50,602 bases of DNA from an uncultured Deferribacteres bacterium. GTDB taxonomy: Bacteria > Zhuqueibacterota > Zhuqueibacteria > Zhuqueibacterales > Geothermadaptataceae. Below the pieces are notes generated by a model. The model had not been told where the DNA came from. It made no database searches and saw only the letters and a program-made list of their open reading frames with translations. The stretch covers positions 1 to 50,602 of the forward strand of contig CAXHAT010000032.1 of assembly GCA_964014485.1 (NCBI GenBank), read 5' to 3'. The first letter of the stretch is position 1, and each line of letters starts with the position of its first letter. A program made the position numbers and the translations under genes. Positions 48,301-50,602 of this stretch are shown here, in pieces.

Positions 48301-48340
48301 ACGAGTATAGATTTAGAGCAATTGTCGAAAATAGATTCTG

Positions 48341-48415
48341 GACAGGATTACAGGATTCAAGTCTTGCAAAACGAACCTAAAAAATCTTGTGAATCCTGTT
48401 TATCCGGTCAAAAAA
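48341..48415. repeat. Second copy of the GACAGGATT-type inverted repeat element
   Basis: GACAGGATTACAGGATT ... AATCTTGTGAATCCTGTTTATCCGGTCAAA. Confidence 0.6.
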
Positions 48416-48429
48416 CAAATGGCGCAAGG

Positions 48430-49125
48430 TTAACATCCGAGTTGTTCGGCGAGATGAATAATGCTTTTTGCGTGCAAGGTATTTTCTGGCTTTGCTGAAA
48501 CGTCTTTCGCGTTTTGTCGGCCAAATTCGAAAGGTCTTTCGATGTATGCCGTTGCCAAACCGCAGTCCCGCGCCGCCGCTAAATCGTAATGGTGCGCAGC
48601 AACCATCATAACTTCTTCCGGGGCCAGATCAAAGATATTTGCAACGCCCAGGTAGACTTCCGGATCAGGCTTGTACTTTCTGAAAATCTCTGCTGACAAA
48701 ATACAGTTCCACGGCAAGCCTGCTCGTTTTGCCATGTTGGTCAAAAGCCCGATCCCGCCGTTTGAGAGCGTGCAGATGGTGAATTTTGATTTCAGCCTCG
48801 TGAGTCCTTCCGCTGAATCGGGGCAAGGCGCCAATCGATGCCAAACTTTGTTGATGTGTTGTTTTTGTTGTTCGGTGAGATTTGTGATGTTGAACCGTAA
48901 CAGGATTTCATCGAGGATGAGGCGGTGCAAATCATCAAGGACAGTCCAGCCGAGCTTCCCGGATCGTACTTTTTGCATGGCCGGTTTATAACCCTGTCTC
49001 CATGCCAAGGCAAATTCATCACCATTGACGTCCAAATTGAGTTGATCTATTTCGTGCGCTATCGAGCCGTGCCAATCGACAACCGTCCCGAACACATCGA
49101 ATGCGAGTACCTTGATCTTTTTCAT
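48430..49125 (-). CDS. Haloacid dehalogenase type II
   Basis: AFDVFGTVVDW, TLSNG, YKPDPEVY, MVAAH.YDL. Confidence 0.9.
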   Translation of the reverse strand: MKKIKVLAFDVFGTVVDWHGSIAHEIDQLNLDVNGDEFALAWRQGYKPAMQKVRSGKLGWTVLDDLHRLILDEILLRFNITNLTEQQKQHINKVWHRLAPCPDSAEGLTRLKSKFTICTLSNGGIGLLTNMAKRAGLPWNCILSAEIFRKYKPDPEVYLGVANIFDLAPEEVMMVAAHHYDLAAARDCGLATAYIERPFEFGRQNAKDVSAKPENTLHAKSIIHLAEQLGC

Positions 49126-49226
49126 GTAGTCATATTTTTTGATAGAATTCGGTTATCGATTTCCAACGGCAATTTAACCAGCAAGGCTAGGAGAGATGGT
49201 TTGGTTAGGCAATTTTTTTGATTTTA

Positions 49227-50252
49227 TCAATGCGCAGGCGCGTCGGCGCGCGCTACGACAATGTCTCTACTCTTGATGACCCGGTCCACCCGATGCGCCA
49301 AACGATCGTAGGGCGGTTCATTGAAAACGCTCAAATCGGAGGCGGATTCCACCAGATCGATCATCTCCGAGCGCGGAAATCGCGTCGATTCCCATGAGAA
49401 AACAAGCGTTCCGCCGGGCAAAAGCAAATTATCCCAAACTGGGAGCGCTTCATACAACAAGTTGTGCAGGCCGCCTTTGTGTTGAATGCCGTAGGGTAAG
49501 TCCGCGACAATAAAATGTGGTCTTTTAAAGCTTGAAATCAGTTGCCCGGTTTGCGCGATTTCACCCTTGGCCAAAATACAGCGGGCGAATGATTCTTCGC
49601 CAAGAGCAAAATCCCAGCGACTCGCTTTTAATTTTTTTAAGCGTTCTTCTTTCAAGCTGAAGTGGATGCGCCGCTCCTGCAAAAATTGCTTCAGAAAGAC
49701 CGCGGTTGAATGAATGCTTTTCTTATTTTGCTCAAGTCCTGCGGCTTCGGCTCCCAAAACCAATGCAACAAACAGCGTTGTTCCGCCTCCTGCAAGCGGA
49801 TCAAACACGCGCAAATCCGTCCAGGGCTGTGTCGAAAAATCGCTGCTGAACCTGGCAAGGTTGCACATAAAATGGGTGAACAATTCGTTGGTCTTGCCTA
49901 GGTAGCGCCGCGTTGTGATGAGTTCGGCAGGAAGTTTTGGCGAGAAGCAGGCGTCGATGGGGCGCAAGAACGGGCCGTCGAATTCTCCCAGACGATCATA
50001 GTGCAAAAAGTAAGCGCTGCTCATCGCGAGAAGCGCCAACTCATTGATTTGCCGTTCCTCCAGTTTTTCGTCCAGTGTGCATTTTAGATACTGTTGATTG
50101 CCGAGCTTGACCGGCTCGATTGAAACGAGTTTTTTCTCTAATGGGCTTAGCTTCAGTTCGTGAGGCGCGAGAGTGCTGGCCAAGGCGGAGTATTGGGCGC
50201 TCCGTTGCGGGGCGATTTGCGCTAGAAGCGTTGTCATCGAATCAGGACTCAA
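49227..50252 (-). CDS. SAM-dependent methyltransferase (Trm11/RNA methylase-like)
   Basis: YLGKTNELFT, VFDPLAGGGTT, IVADLPYG; true start may be ATG 50237. Confidence 0.8.
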   Translation of the reverse strand: MSPDSMTTLLAQIAPQRSAQYSALASTLAPHELKLSPLEKKLVSIEPVKLGNQQYLKCTLDEKLEERQINELALLAMSSAYFLHYDRLGEFDGPFLRPIDACFSPKLPAELITTRRYLGKTNELFTHFMCNLARFSSDFSTQPWTDLRVFDPLAGGGTTLFVALVLGAEAAGLEQNKKSIHSTAVFLKQFLQERRIHFSLKEERLKKLKASRWDFALGEESFARCILAKGEIAQTGQLISSFKRPHFIVADLPYGIQHKGGLHNLLYEALPVWDNLLLPGGTLVFSWESTRFPRSEMIDLVESASDLSVFNEPPYDRLAHRVDRVIKSRDIVVARADAPAH

Positions 50253-50601
50253 TGCTTTTCACAGCAACCGGCACGCCGTTAAACGCAGCGTTGCCGGAGA
50301 GTTCGTCGATGAAGCGGTCGTCGGTCAAATCGTTGGCGCTGGCTCCGGCGTGGGCCTGCGCCGTTTTGAGTTGTACGCCTTCGCGATTGTGCCCCCAGCC
50401 GTGCGGCACGCTGACCACTCCCGGCATCATGTCATCATTAAATTCCGCCGGCAATTGCACCGCGCCGACTCTGGATGACACTTCAACCAACGCGTTTTCG
50501 GCAATATCGCGTTTCTCCGCGTCTTGTGGATGGATCATGAGCGTACAGCGATTTTTGCCCCGCACCAATCGTTCGCTGTTGTGCATCCACGAATTGTTGC
50601 T
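50242..50601 (-). CDS. Molybdopterin oxidoreductase, C-terminal dinucleotide-binding domain (partial; runs off the window)
   Basis: SNNSWMHN, IHPQDA, VSSRVG, PGVVSVPHGWGH, NDLTD. Confidence 0.85.
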   Translation of the reverse strand, partial: SNNSWMHNSERLVRGKNRCTLMIHPQDAEKRDIAENALVEVSSRVGAVQLPAEFNDDMMPGVVSVPHGWGHNREGVQLKTAQAHAGASANDLTDDRFIDELSGNAAFNGVPVAVKSIES

Positions 50602-50602
50602 G

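Noticed and set aside
1..50602. CRISPR array, tRNA or rRNA genes
   Set aside because: No regularly spaced direct repeats or cloverleaf/rRNA signatures seen by eye; tRNAscan/Infernal would be needed to exclude small ncRNAs

Overview
Bacterial chromosomal window with about 37 protein genes. I found no rRNA, tRNA or CRISPR array by eye. TonB receptors, T9SS-like C-terminal domains, PorV-like barrels and a GWxTD protein suggest an FCB-group organism such as KSB1 or Calditrichota (inference). From 0 to 7.2 kb (minus strand) is a sugar/sugar-acid catabolic run: Na+/solute symporter, Zn-dehydrogenase, SDR, lactonase-type amidohydrolase and epimerase. It is interrupted by a DUF3179 gene that the ORF track splits at an in-frame UGA, a probable selenocysteine. 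Divergently, 7.7-20.5 kb (plus strand) holds a surface/uptake cluster: TonB-dependent receptor, T9SS-type secreted protein, PorV-like barrel, FG-GAP/ASPIC protein, pentaheme cytochrome c lipoprotein, an apparently catalytically dead alpha/beta hydrolase and a GWxTD protein. A rhamnulose-1-P aldolase/dehydrogenase follows. After an integrase remnant at about 23.1 kb come mixed genes: the rimK operon, a porin, a second PorV-like gene, a TIR protein, tandem serine hydrolases, GNATs, rlmI, a SWIM-SNF2 helicase, YfhO, a PIN toxin-antitoxin pair, tartrate/D-malate dehydrogenase, a HAD, a methyltransferase and a partial molybdopterin oxidoreductase. Intergenic DNA is rich in small palindromic elements. 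Four share a nested design: IS-like terminal inverted repeats wrapped around a REP-like core. All calls come from motif recognition by eye; no database searches were run.
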